Shown: positions 1 to 8,547 of the stretch, piece after piece | Position numbering within the stretch: position 1 is the first letter of the stretch | Layout of the letters: every line of letters begins with the position of its first letter | From: an uncultured Ruficoccus sp. | GTDB taxonomy: Bacteria > Verrucomicrobiota > Verrucomicrobiia > Opitutales > Cerasicoccaceae | Assembly: GCA_965140785.1 (NCBI GenBank) | Contig: OZ223517.1 | Span: 17,484 to 81,483 of the forward strand | DNA: 64,000 nt | Direction of reading: 5' to 3' | Notes under the pieces: generated by a model | Told to the model about the DNA's origin: nothing | The model's input: the letters and a program-made list of their open reading frames with translations, nothing else | Databases searched by the model: none | Translations under genes and position numbers: made by a program

Positions 1-167
1 TGCCCATTAAGCAGGTCGATGACGCAGTGGTGAAGGCCACGGCCTTCGACGAGCAGAGAATCGCCCGGCGTCAGGAAGGCCACCGTTCGGTTGGCATAGA
101 CGAAAGGGACCAGCGCGTTCGGAAAAATGTGCGTGGTGCCGATGGAAAGCGGATGTTCAAAGGGCAT
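1..167 (-). CDS. Hypothetical protein, N-terminal part (runs off the window)
   Basis: AAAGGAG RBS, then ATG at 167 (MPFEHPLSIGTTHIFPNALVPFVY...). Open to the window edge and overlaps the stop of the upstream gene. Not in the ORF track. Confidence 0.6.
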   Translation of the reverse strand, partial: MPFEHPLSIGTTHIFPNALVPFVYANRTVAFLTPGDSLLVEGRGLHHCVIDLLNG

Positions 168-609
168 AGGTCAAAGCTCCTTTCTGGGACTCTGAGTGAG
201 CCTCGTCATTGCTGGCGTCGGGCCAGAACAAAACAATCGCCGCGACAATCAGCCCAATGACGGCAAGGGCACAGCCCATCTTGACTTTGAAGATGAGCAG
301 CTTCTCTTTGATGCGCTGGTCAACATCTGCCTCGGTAAGTTGTTGTGGCGTGGGAGTGGGCTCCGGCCTCGATTGCTCCAGTATCTGCGTGATCTTCTGC
401 TGGCCATCAGCCAGTGAATCGATCTGAGTACGGTGCTGTTCTTGCGCCTCTTCCTGACTGGTAACTTGACGGACGAGAACGGCCTCCCGCTGCGCCATTT
501 CGCCAAGCTCCTGCACGATTTTTTGCATGAGAACGTCGGGAACATCCGGCCCCGCGTTTGCTTGCTGGTGGATATCCTCGATACGTCGCTGGATATTATC
601 GTCGCCCAT
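157..609 (-). CDS. Coiled-coil protein with C-terminal transmembrane helix (MbeB-like mobilization accessory)
   Basis: GGAGGAG RBS; ATG at 609 overlaps the relaxase stop (TAATG). Q/E-rich helical region followed by a hydrophobic segment CALAVIGLIVAAIVLFW. Confidence 0.65.
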   Translation of the reverse strand: MGDDNIQRRIEDIHQQANAGPDVPDVLMQKIVQELGEMAQREAVLVRQVTSQEEAQEQHRTQIDSLADGQQKITQILEQSRPEPTPTPQQLTEADVDQRIKEKLLIFKVKMGCALAVIGLIVAAIVLFWPDASNDEAHSESQKGALTYAL

Positions 610-1724
610 TAGAGTCTCCTCCATACATGCTTAGCCCGGTAGAACGGGGGTGGTGAGGCGAAGGCATCATCGATGTCGTCAAGTCCGTCCAGCAGACCTG
701 AAGCGATACCAAGGAAGGTTTTCTTGAGTGCTTTTTTCATCTTTTCTTTCTGGTTGAGGTTAAAATGGATTGCAGGGTTTCGATCTGCGTGAGCTGCACA
801 TCCAGCAGCATTTCTAAGTTCTGGTTGAGCCGCTGCACCTGCTGGTGAAGCTCGGCCAAGCGCTCCGACTGTTCGGCCAGTGGCTCCTTCAGGGCGTTTT
901 CCAGTTCGCGGGTTAACGCCTCGATCCAAGCGGGAATCTGAGCGGCAGGGGTGAGAGTGGTGAGTTTTTCCATAAAAGTTGATCGTTCGGTTCAGCCGCG
1001 AAAGGGGCATACCCAAACGGGTGCCCGTGAAAAAGATGGGGCTACCAGCCTCTCCGAAGGACACGCCGACACGGTGGCCGTCCTGCCCCCAACGCCAGCG
1101 GACAGTGATGCCCTGACGCTGGCAGCGTTTGATAAAGTCGGCATGGTCACGGGCCAGATAGGCGTTGGCCCGAACCTGCTCCGCAAGTATGAGCTTTTGC
1201 GGGACCGGGTGGGTACGTTTCCCCTCCCGGTAAAGACGATCTGAGCATTCAAGCTCGTCTTTGTTCACGCGGAGACGCTGCGAATGCTGGGCGGTCTGGC
1301 CCAAGCTGTAATCCTTTTCCGCCTGCTGGCAAAGTGCCCGCATCCGGTGCCTGTCATTGCTGGTGGATACAGCTTTTCCATTGAGCTGAATCCGATTGCC
1401 GACAACATGGACATGCTCACAGTCGGTGTCGTAGTGGCGGATCACTACATACTGCTCAAAGCCGTACTCAGAGGCGACACCGTGAGCGAAGTCAGCCCAC
1501 TGGTCAGCGGTGAGCGTTTCGCCCTTGGCCAGTGAAAATGCAAGGTGCGCAACGGGCTTCTTGCATCGGGTGTTGAGCGCCGCCAACAGACCAAACTCCC
1601 CGATCATGCTGTTCGGGTCGCGAGCGGTTAGATTGCCCCCAACTAACTCAGGAGACTTGTCCCGCTTCATCGCATACCCAACCACACGGGCGAACGACTC
1701 GCGGTAGTTGATCCGAGCAATCAA
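609..1724 (-). CDS. Relaxase/mobilization nuclease (MOB_P, VirD2-like)
   Basis: Motif I Tyr (VVGYAM), motif II HLAFSLAKGE, motif III HYDTDCEHVHVVGNRI. TTG start overlaps the mobC stop, after GGAGGT. Confidence 0.92.
   Translation of the reverse strand: MIARINYRESFARVVGYAMKRDKSPELVGGNLTARDPNSMIGEFGLLAALNTRCKKPVAHLAFSLAKGETLTADQWADFAHGVASEYGFEQYVVIRHYDTDCEHVHVVGNRIQLNGKAVSTSNDRHRMRALCQQAEKDYSLGQTAQHSQRLRVNKDELECSDRLYREGKRTHPVPQKLILAEQVRANAYLARDHADFIKRCQRQGITVRWRWGQDGHRVGVSFGEAGSPIFFTGTRLGMPLSRLNRTINFYGKTHHSHPCRSDSRLDRGVNPRTGKRPEGATGRTVGALGRASPAGAAAQPELRNAAGCAAHADRNPAIHFNLNQKEKMKKALKKTFLGIASGLLDGLDDIDDAFASPPPFYRAKHVWRRL
737..973 (-). CDS. Small coiled-coil protein nested out of frame within the relaxase 3' half (MbeD-like)
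   Basis: 78 aa with clear heptad L/E/Q pattern (LAELHQQVQRLNQNLEMLL). The relaxase frame over this span looks low-complexity. Confidence 0.55.
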   Translation of the reverse strand: MEKLTTLTPAAQIPAWIEALTRELENALKEPLAEQSERLAELHQQVQRLNQNLEMLLDVQLTQIETLQSILTSTRKKR

Positions 1725-2101
1725 TTCACACCTCCCGCTTTACCGCCGAGAAGGGAACTCCGCACCTGTGACAGAATCTGGCTTAGCTCGTCAAGCGTAG
1801 CCTGCGCACGTGCTGAGCCGGGATGATCGTTCCCGGTATGGCAGCGATGGGCGAGTTGGTTCAGGTTGGATGCGGCCTTCGATAGTTCTCGCCACTGGTC
1901 CTGATTGACCGCTGGGATGGGCACACTGGCCTGCACGGTTGAGCCAAGGGCGGCATCCCGCAAGTAAGTGCTGAGGGTCTTGCCCGCAGCCGTGGCCTTG
2001 GGCTGCACAACTTCAAGGTCGGCGGGGCTTAGTTTACTGGTGACCGGTATCCGGCGACTATAAAAATTTATGGGGTTCGGGTTCTTGCATGGGGTAGTCA
2101 T
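1721..2101 (-). CDS. mobC: Plasmid mobilization relaxosome protein MobC (RHH)
   Basis: KATAAGKTLSTYLRDAALG ribbon-helix-helix and LSKAASNLNQLAH MobC signature, directly upstream of the relaxase. Confidence 0.9.
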   Translation of the reverse strand: MTTPCKNPNPINFYSRRIPVTSKLSPADLEVVQPKATAAGKTLSTYLRDAALGSTVQASVPIPAVNQDQWRELSKAASNLNQLAHRCHTGNDHPGSARAQATLDELSQILSQVRSSLLGGKAGGVN

Positions 2102-2157
2102 GCAAATAGTGTAACCCGAAATGGGTATACGTGATTGAATTATTTTTCACAAAAAGC

Positions 2158-2187
2158 GTTTTAGGTACACCTAAAACATATCTTGCT
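2158..2187 (+). other. Putative oriT (inverted repeat + nic site)
   Basis: Perfect IR GTTTTAGGT-AC-ACCTAAAAC (2158-2177) immediately followed by ATATCTTG^C, resembling the MOB_P nic consensus YATCCTG^Y; located upstream of mobC. Confidence 0.75.
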
Positions 2188-2323
2188 GAAGATCCCAGAG
2201 TCCAGTGTCGGAGAAGACCCTACGGGCTAGCGCACGCCAATCACTCTTCGTCCTCAACCAAAACCAAATCCAAACCCATTTGCCAAAGATCGATGCGAAC
2301 CTGCGAGGGGAAGTTCATCTTAT

Positions 2324-2986
2324 TCATCCTGATGGCGAAGCTGTAATCACCCTCGATCCCCGTATGGTCCTCAACCGGAAGCCAACCTCAGAGGAAATAA
2401 AGTCGGCCAGGTCTCCCATCGAGTAGCTCGTGAATGTTATACCATCCCACGCATTTTCGAACGTTGTATCGCTTTTGCTACCAAGCTGCTTCAGCACCTC
2501 CTCTGTACTGCCCTTGGGGACAAGCAAGAAACGAATACTGGTTTGCTCATTCACTGCAATCTCACTCGTCGTAGCGGGATTAAGCAGATACACATTCCCA
2601 TTGATCTGCTTGCAGTAAAAATCTGACGTAAGTGTGGTAGTCCCAATCTTTCCGGGCGGGCCATCTTGAGCTACGATGAATATGTATCCCTCGGCATCGA
2701 ACTTTATTGGGATACCCTCGGCGTTGAGGCTCGGGTATAGCTCCGTCTCGTATATCTTGTATTCGTTTTCCGCCCAAAATTGGCACATTTCCTTGAAAAG
2801 GTCAGCCCCATCATCGAGTCGAACTGGCGGGGTCTCATAGAGCACCCCTAGCTCTTTTACGTCAGCATCCTCGATAGCTGACTTTAACCGCTGAACAAGC
2901 TGAGCGGTATCTTTAGGCCCATCACTGCGTTCCGCAGAACACCCGGTTAAAAACAGAACTACGCACAGTAGACCACAGAGACGCAT
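2324..2986 (-). CDS. Hypothetical lipoprotein (element cargo)
   Basis: ATG at 2986 gives MRLCGLLCVVLFLTG^C, a lipobox. The longer ORF-track start overlaps rep and is less plausible. Confidence 0.7.
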   Translation of the reverse strand: MRLCGLLCVVLFLTGCSAERSDGPKDTAQLVQRLKSAIEDADVKELGVLYETPPVRLDDGADLFKEMCQFWAENEYKIYETELYPSLNAEGIPIKFDAEGYIFIVAQDGPPGKIGTTTLTSDFYCKQINGNVYLLNPATTSEIAVNEQTSIRFLLVPKGSTEEVLKQLGSKSDTTFENAWDGITFTSYSMGDLADFISSEVGFRLRTIRGSRVITASPSG

Positions 2987-3057
2987 GTCATCTTTTGAAA
3001 CAGGTTTCGCCCCATGCGTAAAGAGTAAGTCGTTCAACCAATCATACCGAAAAGCGA

Positions 3058-4476
3058 TTACTTCGAGGGCTTCTTTTTGCCCGGTCTTCCACGCTTCAGG
3101 GACACGCCTAGTTTGCAGACATAGCGGGAGATTTGGGAACATGAGAGTTTGATCCCATGCCCCGCCTTCAATCCGGCCTGAATGGTGGCGAGGGTGGAAT
3201 CCGCCTTGAGTAATCCCTTGATGGCGGCAGCAAGGGCCTCCCGATCAAGGGCTCGACTGCCCTTCTTTTTCTCGGCGGCAATCTCCTCGGTGTAGATGGT
3301 GCCCAAGCCCATCGTCCGGCATTCTGCGGTGGACAGCCCAAAGAACTTGGCCAGCCCAATCGCCGTATGCCGGGGAACCTCTGACGCTGTAAAAGCCAGT
3401 TCGACTAAATCCTCGGGCGGTGTGTCGTTCGCCTCACAGGGATAGGCCGGGAGGCATTTGCGGGCGTGCTGATTCAGCAGGTCAACTGTGGCTGGTTTGC
3501 TCCAGCCTGCCGCCCTTGCGGTAGCGGCCAAAATCAGCAGGGTCTTGTACCGAAACCCGTGTTTGACCGGGTGGGCGGCAATCACCGACTCCAAGTCGGT
3601 CAGCCTGCGAGCGCCAAGAGCGAGTTGGCCTTGCTTGCCCGCGCACTGCCGTTGGTAGCGTAAGCGCGGACTCACAGTCTTCTTTGGCAGGGTTTCGTCG
3701 GGCCTGACCACCTGCAACACGGGCAACACCACAGTCGAAGATGAGCCAGGTCTCAATCCAAGCCTCTCGGCCAACAACTCCATCTTGTAGGGTGGACGGT
3801 CGCCAAGGGTGTATTTGACCGTCGTTCCCGATTTCCCGTTGGTGCTGCCGGGGAGCCGTAAAACACGGGCGGCGTCATGGATGCCATCGGGACAAAGCTC
3901 GGGGGCATGGTCTGCTATATGGCCAGCCAGAGCCCGGTTCAGTAACTTGTACAAGTCCACATCCCGCGCATGGGAGCTGTGAGGGTACAGCATCCACAGG
4001 GCATACAGGCCACGGCCCGAATCGGCCACCAGCGACGCTTGAGGGAGAGTCGCCTTAGCGATGGCTCGCTCCAAGGCATCAGCGGCGGCATCCCAACCAG
4101 CCAACCGACAGGAGTGGTAAAAGTCCATGTCCACATACAGGAATCTCAGGTCTTGCAAGTTCACCTCCTGACGCTGGCCCGGCAGGGCTGCTCCGGTACG
4201 TCGGCAGGTGCCTTTGTTATAGACCCGGTGGAAGCCGTTCGGCTGCATGGGGCCGACCCGGTAGAATGTATTCAGCGTAAAATACACATCGGTCAATTCA
4301 GTCGGGGGAAGCAGCTCGTACACACGGCCCACGTCCTTAACCGGCAGAGCCCCGATGTGCTGCCAGCCGGTGCCGGTGGCTGACTTTCTGGCGAAGATGA
4401 CGTAGCCTTCGCCCAGTCCGGCGATTTGCTCAAAGAGCTTCTTGGGGTTGGATAGGGTATCAGCGTGGTAAACCAT
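3058..4476 (-). CDS. Replication protein, archaeo-eukaryotic primase (RepB-primase-like) N-terminus with C-terminal HTH
   Basis: AEP motifs LYVDMDF, DSGRGLYALW, DAARVLRLPGSTNGK; C-terminal HTH-like LSCSQISRY and KRGRPG; GAGGT upstream. Confidence 0.8.
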   Translation of the reverse strand: MVYHADTLSNPKKLFEQIAGLGEGYVIFARKSATGTGWQHIGALPVKDVGRVYELLPPTELTDVYFTLNTFYRVGPMQPNGFHRVYNKGTCRRTGAALPGQRQEVNLQDLRFLYVDMDFYHSCRLAGWDAAADALERAIAKATLPQASLVADSGRGLYALWMLYPHSSHARDVDLYKLLNRALAGHIADHAPELCPDGIHDAARVLRLPGSTNGKSGTTVKYTLGDRPPYKMELLAERLGLRPGSSSTVVLPVLQVVRPDETLPKKTVSPRLRYQRQCAGKQGQLALGARRLTDLESVIAAHPVKHGFRYKTLLILAATARAAGWSKPATVDLLNQHARKCLPAYPCEANDTPPEDLVELAFTASEVPRHTAIGLAKFFGLSTAECRTMGLGTIYTEEIAAEKKKGSRALDREALAAAIKGLLKADSTLATIQAGLKAGHGIKLSCSQISRYVCKLGVSLKRGRPGKKKPSK

Positions 4477-4760
4477 CCTATGGTTTACCTCATTTTAAAA
4501 ATCACGTAAGCGACCCCGGACGCGTCACTTCATCTCACAGAAATCTACTCCAGATATAATCCTCCCTCCCTCTCCTATATTGGCAAAATCGTGCAAGATT
4601 TTGCCGGGGGGGGGGAATAGGCTCAGTTACCCCTCATTCCTAACGGTCAACATACACCTTTTAGGCGGTAAAAACGGGGCATTTTTCCACCCTCAAAATG
4701 CCCCTTGGGCAAATATCGTGTCCACATTTGGCCACAGAAGGCCCGTTTAGAGGAACTAAA

Positions 4761-4782
4761 AAGTGTGACAGAAGTGTGACAG
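4761..4782. repeat. Tandem 11-bp direct repeat AAGTGTGACAG x2, probable integrase arm-type sites
   Basis: Exact tandem duplication ~70 bp from the tRNA 3' end. Confidence 0.6.
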
Positions 4783-4808
4783 TGATTTTCAGGCCCCTCA
4801 AAACCCGG

Positions 4809-4847
4809 AAAAGAAAAATCCCGTAAATCGTTGAATTCACGGGATTT
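4809..4847 (-). terminator. Rho-independent terminator downstream of tRNA-Thr
   Basis: Stem AAATCCCGT/ACGGGATTT followed on the minus strand by a T-rich run. Confidence 0.7.
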
Positions 4848-4851
4848 AAAG

Positions 4852-4927
4852 TGGAGCCGGGGGACGGAATCGAACCGACGACCTACTGATTACAAATCAG
4901 TTGCTCTACCAACTGAGCTAACCCGGC
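4852..4927 (-). tRNA. tRNA-Thr (anticodon UGU)
   Basis: GCCGGGT-TA-GCTC-AGTTGGTA-GAGC-A-ACTGA-TTTGTAA-TCAGT-AGGTC-GTCGG-TTCGATT-CCGTC-CCCCGGC-T-CCA, 76 nt with encoded CCA. Confidence 0.97.
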
Positions 4928-5012
4928 GTTGTTGATCGGGGGCTGATTGGGCTCCGGATCGGGTGGGTTGCGAAGGGGCCCACCATGGGAGGGCTGCCAG
5001 CAACAAGGGCGC

Positions 5013-5040
5013 ATAATAGTATCGAGCAGGAGTCCGTCAA
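5013..5040 (-). promoter_or_regulatory. Sigma70-like promoter for tRNA-Thr
   Basis: TTGACG-N16-TATTAT on the minus strand, ~85 bp upstream of the tRNA. Confidence 0.6.
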
Positions 5041-5123
5041 GCGGGTTTAAGCCATGACGGAAGTAAAGCCTATTGCACTTCGAAATATTTGTATTTTGTA
5101 ACGTCTTTCTTATACATCAGGGT

Positions 5124-6011
5124 ATGAAGACCGTTCTCTGCCTCTCTGTATTTTTACTCGGTATCTTCTGCGCGCAAGCGGAGGTTAATTTCCGGGGCGT
5201 CAAGTTTGTCATCGGCCCCAGCGCGTTTCGCGAGGGCGATTTGATCGAGATCGACGAGGTTTATGCGACCGATGACGACTTCGAAGCAGGCGACCAGGTC
5301 GTCGTGCGGGGGCAATACCGATTGGGGAGTCACGAGGCGGCCAAGCTCAGCCTGTTCGTGACTCAGACAGAGGGGGACGGGCGCAGCCAGATTCAGCCCG
5401 CCCAGCAGTTGCGGATCGAGAGTGGCAGCGGCCCGTTTGAGTTGCGGGTAAAAATGCCGGCAGACGGCTACCTGCATGTCACGTTTTATAGCTTGGGGGA
5501 AGGTAATCCTTTTGGCGGGGTGTACTTCGGCACGCGGGAGCAGATGCAGAAGATTAATTACTGGACGCTGGATCGCTATCTGGCAAACACGACTACCCCC
5601 ACGCCCCGCGCCAAGGTCCATCCAGTCAACTTTACGGACGGACCCAGCGCGTTTCTACCCGGGGATTTCATCAAGGTCGAATCGGTGGAAGCCTCCAGCG
5701 ACGACTTCAGAAAAGGCGACACCGTCGTCGTGCACGGACGCTACCGATTGGAGAGTTATGAGGCGGCGAACATGATGTTGACGGTTACGCAGACCAGCGG
5801 CAGTGGAAAAACACAGGTTCAGTCTGACCAGCAGAAGCACATCGAGCGCGGCAGCGGGGATTTTGAACTACGGATCACCATGCCAGCCAATGGTTATCTG
5901 CACCTGGGCTTTTATCCCACCGGCGGCAAGGGCCGCGGCAGCGCGTACATCGGGACGAAAAAGCAGATGCAGGCGATCAAAGACTGGCCACTTGAAGACC
6001 GGTTAAAGTAA
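5124..6011 (+). CDS. Secreted protein with two tandem ~130-aa beta-rich repeat domains, unknown function
   Basis: Signal peptide MKTVLCLSVFLLGIFCAQA; internal repeat (GPSAF.GD.I...GD.VVV.G.YRL...GSG.FELR..MPA.GYLH..FY...GT..QMQ.I..W.L) occurs twice. Confidence 0.8.
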   Translation: MKTVLCLSVFLLGIFCAQAEVNFRGVKFVIGPSAFREGDLIEIDEVYATDDDFEAGDQVVVRGQYRLGSHEAAKLSLFVTQTEGDGRSQIQPAQQLRIESGSGPFELRVKMPADGYLHVTFYSLGEGNPFGGVYFGTREQMQKINYWTLDRYLANTTTPTPRAKVHPVNFTDGPSAFLPGDFIKVESVEASSDDFRKGDTVVVHGRYRLESYEAANMMLTVTQTSGSGKTQVQSDQQKHIERGSGDFELRITMPANGYLHLGFYPTGGKGRGSAYIGTKKQMQAIKDWPLEDRLK

Positions 6012-6270
6012 GATGGGTTCATGGTTGGACCGGTGGGGCGCCTGATTTTATCGCTGAGGCGCTGGCACGGCTGACGGTCAGATGTTCTGGTGAGTCAGCC
6101 GGCCCTCTCCCCGGCAAGCGGTTGTCAGTGAATCGCTTGATGAGGTGGGAATAAGCCCGAACCGCGAATCGTCTGCCGCGACAGGGCGGTCCCCTTTTTG
6201 CGGATGCGCAAACTCGGCGCTCGCTTTTTACGGAAAAACTGTCACGTTGGCCCGCTTTATCCAGATTTCC

Positions 6271-8109
6271 ATGAGCGCAACAGCCCTTCCAGCAACGGCG
6301 GAAAAAATCCGCAACATCGCGATTATCGCCCACGTCGACCACGGCAAAACCACCCTGGTGGACTGCCTGCTGCAACAATCCGGCACCTACCGGGAGAACC
6401 AGGCCGTGCCCGAACGGGCCATGGACAGCATGGACCTCGAGCGCGAGAAGGGCATCACGATTAAGGCCAAGAACACCGCCATCCAGTGGAACGGCTATAC
6501 GATTAATATCGTGGACACGCCCGGGCACGCGGACTTCGGCGCCGAGGTCGAGCGTGTGATGAAGATGGTGGACGGCGTGCTCCTGCTGACCGACGCGGTC
6601 GGCGGCCCCCAGGCCCAGACCCGCTGGGTCCTGCGTAAGGCGCTCGGCCACGGCCTGAAGACCATTTGCGTGGTCAATAAGGTGGACCGCGAGACCTCGC
6701 GCTCCCACTGGGTGCATGACAAGGTGCTGGAATTGTTCCTCGACCTGGAGGCTTCCGAAGACCAGTTCAACGCCCCCTTCCTCTACGCCTCGGCCAAAAA
6801 CGGCTGGGCCGACCGCGAACTGGACGGCCCCCGCGAGAACATGACCGCGCTCTTTGAGACGATTGTCGAGCACGTGCCTGCTCCGCAGGTAGAGGAGGGC
6901 GAATTCCGCATGCTCGTTTCCAATATCGACTGGGACGACTTTGTGGGGCGTCTGGCCATCGGCCGCATCCTCTCCGGGCGCGTTTCGGCCGGAGACACCA
7001 TTTACGCCCTGCGCAAGAACGGCCAGCGCGAGCGCGTCAAGATCACCAAGCTGATCCGCTTCACCGGTCTGGGCGTTCAACCGGTCGAGGAGATGGGCGC
7101 GGGCGACATCGTCGGGATCGCCGGGTTTGAGGAGATCGACATCGGCGACACCCTTTCGGGAGAAAAAGAAGCCGAGCCCCTGCCCTTCATGACCATCGAC
7201 CCGGCCACGATTGAGATGGAGTTCCATGTCAACGACGGCCCGCTGGCCGGCAAGGACGGCAAGAAGGTGACCTCACGCCAAGTCCGCGACCGTCTCATCC
7301 GCGAGACCAAGAGCAATATTTCCATCCAGATCAAGGACACCGAGGAGGGCACACGCTTTCTCGTCGCGGCGCGCGGGGCGATGCAGATCGCCGTGCTGCT
7401 GGAGACGATGCGCCGCGAGGGTTACGAGGTCATGGCCTCCCGCCCGACCGTGCTCTACAAGGAGATTGACGGCACGATTTGTGAGCCGTACGAGCAGGTC
7501 TGGGTCGAGGTCCCCGAGGACATGCTCGGCTCCATCATGGAGAACCTCTCCACCCGCAAGGCGCAGATTACCAACATGGAGCATCACAACGCGGGCGTGA
7601 CGATCGAGGCCGTCATCTCGACCCGCGGGCTGATCGGCTTCGAGAGCGACCTGGTCACGCTGACCAGCGGTCACGGGGTGTGCTCGCACATGTTTCTAGA
7701 ATACCGTCCGCGCGGCGGCGAAATCGTCACCCGCCAGACCGGCACGCTGGTCTCGATGGAAACGGGCACCAGCATGCCCTACTCCCTGGACATTATCCAG
7801 GCGCGCGGGAAGTTATTTGTCGGCGTCGGCGAGGACATTTACAATGGCCAGATCGTGGGCGAATGTCCGCGCAAGGAGGACCTGCCCGTCAACCCGTGCA
7901 AGGCCAAGCATCTGGACAACATGCGCTCCTCGGGCAACGACAAGAACATCCAGCTTGCCCCGCCCATCCGCTTCTCACTGGAGCGGGCGATCGAGTACAT
8001 CGCCGCCGACGAGCTGGTCGAGGTCACCCCGCACCACCTGCGCCTGCGCAAACGCATCCTCGACGCCGAAATGCGCCGCAAGATCACCAAGCGCATGAAG
8101 CGCGACTAA
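6271..8109 (+). CDS. typA: Translational GTPase TypA/BipA
   Basis: IRNIAIIAHVDHGKTTLVD, DLEREKGITIKAK, DTPGHADF, NKVD; C-terminal LERAIEYIAADELVEVTP. Confidence 0.98.
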   Translation: MSATALPATAEKIRNIAIIAHVDHGKTTLVDCLLQQSGTYRENQAVPERAMDSMDLEREKGITIKAKNTAIQWNGYTINIVDTPGHADFGAEVERVMKMVDGVLLLTDAVGGPQAQTRWVLRKALGHGLKTICVVNKVDRETSRSHWVHDKVLELFLDLEASEDQFNAPFLYASAKNGWADRELDGPRENMTALFETIVEHVPAPQVEEGEFRMLVSNIDWDDFVGRLAIGRILSGRVSAGDTIYALRKNGQRERVKITKLIRFTGLGVQPVEEMGAGDIVGIAGFEEIDIGDTLSGEKEAEPLPFMTIDPATIEMEFHVNDGPLAGKDGKKVTSRQVRDRLIRETKSNISIQIKDTEEGTRFLVAARGAMQIAVLLETMRREGYEVMASRPTVLYKEIDGTICEPYEQVWVEVPEDMLGSIMENLSTRKAQITNMEHHNAGVTIEAVISTRGLIGFESDLVTLTSGHGVCSHMFLEYRPRGGEIVTRQTGTLVSMETGTSMPYSLDIIQARGKLFVGVGEDIYNGQIVGECPRKEDLPVNPCKAKHLDNMRSSGNDKNIQLAPPIRFSLERAIEYIAADELVEVTPHHLRLRKRILDAEMRRKITKRMKRD

Positions 8110-8134
8110 GGTGCGTGCCCGCACAGGACATTAA

Positions 8135-8371
8135 GGAACTACGCCCCTATGCGCCAGAACGGCGGCTACTCAGGGGATATCGGGCACCGAGAGCATTGCC
8201 TGCCACGGCCAAGGCCCTTTCCCGGTACTTTGCGCGGCTCCCGACCTGCTGGAAGCTCTGCGAGACCTCAAGCATGCCATCACCGAAATCCTGCTCCGGC
8301 CAGGCATCCAGATATTCTTCTATGAGGAGCTAAACAAGGCCACCTCCGTGCTGGCCAAGACGGTGGATTAA
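8135..8371 (+). pseudogene. Start-less coding remnant with phage-type AAPDLLEAL motif
   Basis: Open frame ...VLCAAPDLLEALRDLKHAITEILL...LAKTVD*; no ATG/GTG start upstream of the motif. Confidence 0.35.
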
Positions 8372-8547
8372 GCGGTCTTAGCTGTGGCATGGGCTGAATA
8401 CCTGAGGCATCGCCTCCGGCCCGGACTCCGCATTCCTGTCTTGCTCCGCGGCACCGGGCGCGGTAGAGCGTAGGCGAATTCTTTAACCTGCATCAATGCC
8501 TCTCGCGGGCACAGTCACCGGACGCCTGACGCGATACCCAGATTGTC

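Larger units (their letters stand above)
1..4851. mobile_element. Right part of an integrative mobilizable element / integrated plasmid at the 3' end of tRNA-Thr; continues beyond the left window edge
   Basis: Rep + MobC + relaxase + oriT module lies directly 3' of a tRNA gene, with tandem arm-type repeats beside the tRNA end. No integrase is visible in the window. Confidence 0.85.

Noticed and set aside
6019..7227. 402-aa minus-strand ORF
   Set aside because: Antisense to typA.
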